From Lytechinus pictus (taxonomy: Eukaryota), in contig NC_087250.1 in the NCBI RefSeq assembly GCF_037042905.1, positions 20,338,001 to 20,402,000 on the forward strand: DNA of 64,000 nt, written 5' to 3'. The number at the start of each line of letters is the position of its first letter. Position 1 is the first letter of the stretch. Below, one piece after another: positions 59,431 through 64,000 of the stretch. The notes beneath the pieces are model-generated. The model was not told where the DNA came from, made no database searches, and was given only the letters and a program-made list of their open reading frames with translations. The position numbers were made by a program, and so were the translations under genes.

Positions 59431-62400
59431 CATCTCTCTGTCTTTCTCTCTCTCTCTACTTCTATCTATATACATGTATTTATCTATCTATTTATCTATG
59501 TCTCTATCTATTTATCAGTCTTCTATATCTATCTTTCGGCATCTAAGTGTATCAATCCATCAAACTTCAATTTTCTTTCTATTATATGTATCTGTTTATT
59601 TTTATTTTGTCTGTCATTTTATTCATTTAGTTAATAATTTATATTTAGAAAAAAAAACTTTTTCATAACTTTTCATTAAAAAACGTAACTGCAAAATCAT
59701 GTTCGGATTTCACTCATATATGACTGCTCTCTGTACATGAAGTGCCGAGGAACTCTATGCTCTGATCAGTAACTGTGCAGATTGCATGCGGTGGTGTGGG
59801 ACTCGCCTGTGTCGCACACTGCAACCAGCGACGTGTGTAGACTCTTCACTAGTCGCTTTGTTGCTATTTTTGCGGAAAATGCCTTCGCCAGGGTGTAAAA
59901 CGGAAACGCGCGCACCGGCACTGGTCATGCTGTAGCTAGCTGGTAGTGGTACAGATACATGGTCATGGACATGGATAGGCATAGCCATAGGCATAGGGGG
60001 CTCAGAACCGGAGCGCTCAAAAACTTTAAATTTCAGCACATTTTTGTGTAGGCCCTGTATTTGTGGATAGTAAAGTTATTAAAAAACACTTAATGACTAA
60101 ACAATGTGATAAATAGAAAGTTAAATGAGAACAGGGTTTGAAATTTAATTATTATTTTTTGAGTAATTGAAATAAAAGGGAGAGTCGAGAGATTACAGCC
60201 TACAGGAGATCCCGTTCATACGCATGCACACCATCATTGAAAGCAACAATTGTGCCTCCTGCCACAAGTAAGAAAGATTAAAAACGTGTTTGATTTTCAA
60301 TTTTGCATTGCCATTATTAAAACAGGAAAACTGAATAAGTAACTTTTTTAATTTTCAAATTTGCATTTTTAAAACAGGAAAACTGAATGAGTAACGTGTC
60401 TGTGTTTAATTTCAAATTAATGAATATGGTTAGAAGAAGTTAAAATAAGAAACTGATGAAACAGAAAAACAGTTTGTTTTTCTGATTTTTTAATTTTAAA
60501 AATGATTTTCCTTGATATATATGTATCATTAAAATACAAAGAAAAAATAGAATGGTTTTCGCTCAATTTTCTGTTTTTTCTTTTCCCGTTTTTGAAAGAG
60601 AAAACCAAATTATCCGAATGTACCTTGATTCCATTTGGTTCGTAAAGGAGGTTTGACTGATGCTTAACTACAGCGTCTATGGAGAAAGGGTGTGCTAGCA
60701 CACCCTCTGCGTAATTCCAACTTTTAATGGGTGAAAATAATAGTTTAGTTTTAGTTTACTACCTTTACCAAAATAAGCTGAAAATATCGAATATTTATGG
60801 CTTACATTTAGGATCAGGTTCTTCTTCGATCGTACGCCGTCATTTTGTAATACAGCTGAGTGTACGGGGGTGCCAGCCAATCACGTTTGTGTTACCATTT
60901 TCTGTTCATGAACTGACAATGGAAACAAGAACGTGATTGGCTGGCACGTTCGTATGCTCAGCTGCATTACAAACATGATGGCAAACGATCCAAGAAGAAC
61001 CTGGCTGATCTTGCAGGTTTATCATAAAATTTTGTATTTTCCAGCTTATATTTCGGAAAGGTGGTAAGCTGATTATATTCAATATTATTTGCTCTTTATT
61101 ATTGCGCCCCTTTTTGCCCATCAAAAGGAGGAATTGGCAGTAATCGAGGAGGGTGCGCCAGCGCAACCTTTTCTCCACAGACGCTGTAATTAAGCGTCGG
61201 TGTAAGCTCCTCCATTACAAGACCAATGGCAGACATCCGTCTGTGTAGGAGGAGGACAAAAAAAATCAGAAAATGTTAAAAAACTCCTCCGAAACAGCGG
61301 ACATATCAGTCTAAGGGTAGGGTATATAGCAGGGCTCGACATTGGCAGTGGCCCCGGGCAATCAAAAATGAGAGTCGGGCCACAAAATTCCTGTAAAAGC
61401 CTGCAATTGGTGGCCCAGTTGGGCAATCAAAGTTTTGATAAATTGTAATGTTTTCTATTGTTTTAGGGCCACCAAATTTGCTTTTCGAGCCACCAAGAAT
61501 ATGAAATTGATTATTTTGGTGGACTGATCGGGCTACCAAGAAAAAAGTTAGTGTGGAGCGTTGTACATGTATATAGCATTAAATCTAGGGTTGAACTTAC
61601 ATGTAGGTGCAATTCGTGTGTGGCAGGAGAGCAAATGCCTAACCCTTTCCGAATCTTATTTCTTAAAATTTTCTTTTACCTTAAGACTGATCTCCCAGAT
61701 TACTTTAAGCCCTGGACAGACCTAGCTCATCAGACAGAGTCTCTTGTACAGGATGGTACGCTCAGGAATGAAGTACACAAGGTAATGTATTATTCATCAA
61801 TCAATTCGTGCATTTCATTTTAAAAATAGTAAGACTGAAAAAAATTAAAACGTCTTTATAAAAGACACCTCCTATTTACCTTGCCTGTTTGATTCAGAAT
61901 TCACATGCCGAATGTTTCCTTTCTATCTTCTTTCTTTGTTCTTTCCCTCCTTTATTTTACATATTACATTGTTGTCATTTGTGTTATTTTATCTTTGTTT
62001 GCTTGTACTGTAAGGGGTCATTTTTAATAAGCCATCATTTGTGCTTTTTATGATCCCCCACTATACTAATATTGAGATGTATAGAACATTGTATCTATTT
62101 GTATACATTGTTGCTTTTTAAAGTGGAAATAAATTGAATTGAATAATATATGCGCACTAGTTGTGCACTTTTTGTGACATCTTTCCCTAGTTTTAATCCA
62201 TGAGAGTGTAGCCTTTTTAACATTAATCACGGAATTAAGCAGAACTCTTGACTAGAAGACTGTTACTGTTAGATGGTAATATTCTTATTTCTAATTATCT
62301 TTCAAATTGACTTCAAACCTCAATTATATCTGTTTAAAACCATTGTTGCCTGTTGGTCATAGTGCACTCTATATAGAGTCTAGAAACTTTTTTTTTAGTT

Positions 62401-63845
62401 TGGAGTGATTGCCAGCCTTTCTAAAGCTGCATACTGTCAAAATGGCCATCAAAATTCTAAAGTAAGTTAACCTGCTATGCTGGCTCTGATATCAACATTA
62501 ACAATTTTTTTTTTCATTTCATTTTCTCAGCTACTATTACTTGAACACAGTAGGCTAAGTTCAGCTAGCGAGATGAAGACGGCCCTTGTTTACCTGACCT
62601 GTATCTCATACGGCTATGTATGGTGTGAAGGAGAAGATGGCATTCCAGACGTAAGTTAGGGGAAAAAAGAAGAAATATGTCGTCGATTTGCTGGCAGACG
62701 AACAATAGGTTGCGTGTGCGCGTGGATGTGTGAGTGCTGAATATTTCATTGCTGTGCAGCTGTTAAAAGGGCGTTAGCTCAAATGTACTACACAATGCAA
62801 ATTGTAAAAGTGCATGCGACTAAAAACAATGTATTTGAGAGTTGAAGCTAAATGAACGTAGTTGCAGTAAAACACTAATTTCGTGAGAAAGTCTGTAAAA
62901 CCAAGGTTAAGTATGACTATATCATAGTGGATCTAGATCTGGTACAGTTACATAAATTGAACTTTGTGAAATCATAAAATCTAAGCTGAAATACAATCAC
63001 TCTGAAGATCGCCAACACAGATAGGCACACGTGGGACAGTTTATTATTATTGCTGGAATAAAGACCCGACGGAAGTGACCGAATCCGCGCTTATTTTGCT
63101 TATTTCTCAGCAATTACACAATTTCTTCCAGAATCCTTTGGCACATATTTTTTATTCATACAAACAGACACTTGGGTGGTCATGATATTAGATTCTGTAA
63201 AAAGTCATTTTGAGATCGTTACCAGAACTGGAATTTACCTTTAATGCAATGCGAATTGTATGGTTCGTGGAGGAGTTGATACCCTTTGATGCCAATTTAA
63301 TACCATTTTGATGATCAAAAACAGTTTTTTGTGCATCGGTAGGACTAGTGAGCATGCGGTAACTATGGAAACTAGTCTAAACCCACTTGGCTGCGCCTCT
63401 TGGGTTAAACAGTTCCATAGCTACCTTATGCTCACAAAATTAACCTACTGACGCACTCACACCTGTTCATAATTTGTATAATAATGTTGACTTTAGAAAA
63501 GCTGTATAAAAGCTTGAATAAACATCAAATTTCTGAATGGGTTTTTCTTCCAACGAAAACAGGTTTTTACCCTCATGTCTTGAAAATTCCTAATTGTTGC
63601 CACTTTTTGGATCAGAGGCACAATGGTCTTGACTCCTCTATATAAGGTTTATGACATGTCAACAATTACCAATCCTCAAACTCCTGACTTGTTCCCTCTC
63701 CCAAATGACAGGTTTTACCCTCGTGTCTTGCTATACCCTATGCTGCTATAGCAGGGAAGCTTCAGGTTCTTCCTTCAATTAGTCAGTATAGCTTCATCCT
63801 TCTTAACTGGAGACTCAAGAACCCCAATGGAAAGGTGGAATTAGA
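56846..63845 (+). CDS. IDO: Indoleamine 2,3-dioxygenase family heme protein (IDO-like), partial; join(56846-56950,61686-61781,62531-62650,63712-63845), continues beyond the window
   Basis: [35 protein letters not shown] | [32 protein letters not shown] | LLLLEHSRL...[19 protein letters not shown] | [40 protein letters not shown]. These match the IDO motifs LP.fy..W, i...YVW, vLP..lAvP and lNW. Exon sizes of 96 and 120 nt match human IDO1 exons 2 and 3 as I recall them. Confidence 0.92.
57400..59530 (+). repeat. Large compound (TCTA)n/(TC)n/(TA)n microsatellite region in IDO intron 1
   Basis: Directly visible; explains the low-complexity ORFs at 58213-59668. Confidence 0.92.
61686..61781 (+). 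CDS. IDO: IDO-like, exon 2 (96 nt)
   Basis: TAAG acceptor, AAG|GTAATG donor. Confidence 0.92.
62531..62650 (+). CDS. IDO: IDO-like, exon 3 (120 nt)
   Basis: CTCAG acceptor, YGYVW motif, GAC|GTAAGT donor. Confidence 0.93.
63712..63845 (+). CDS. IDO: IDO-like, exon 4 (134 nt)
   Basis: GACAG acceptor, VLP..LAIPY...LNW, GA|GTAAGA donor. Confidence 0.92.
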
Positions 63846-64000
63846 GTAAGATATTCATTCTCATTCTTCAACCAGAGCTGCTGCCAACTATTCCATACAT
63901 ACATGGGCGGAAATCCCAGGGGGGGGGGGGGGACAGGAGGGATGCGTCCCCCCTACCCAATATATTAGGGGGACACAATATAAAATGTCCCCCCACTATC

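Noticed and set aside
58213..59668. Long YLSI-repeat ORFs
   Set aside because: Translations of (TCTA)n microsatellite.

Overview
AT-rich, intron-containing animal genomic DNA, packed with non-autonomous DNA transposons (MITEs), SINE/LINE fragments and microsatellites. The repeat types look sea-urchin/echinoderm-like to me; this is an impression I could not check. Manual splicing (GT-AG, phase-consistent) gives four protein-coding genes. (1-2) A head-to-head pair of small MS4A/CD20-like four-transmembrane paralogs: a minus-strand copy running off the left edge, and a complete plus-strand copy of 188 aa at 18961-23201. (3) An ~788-aa multi-exon MULE (Mutator)-transposase-derived gene at 31079-51805. 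It keeps a C-C-HxH DNA-binding zinc module and a SWIM finger but appears to have lost catalytic DDE/CxxH residues. It has at least two candidate alternative first coding exons, and one of its splice acceptors appears to be supplied by a MITE that landed inside an exon. (4) The first four coding exons of an indoleamine 2,3-dioxygenase (IDO)-family gene (56846 to beyond 63845), with two canonical NF-kB sites just upstream and unusual residues at active-site positions. Three 3- to 4-level nested transposon stacks, hammerhead-ribozyme-like Penelope remnants and several near-perfect hairpins are also visible. No prokaryotic systems or CRISPR arrays. All gene models are hand-built and lack transcript support.
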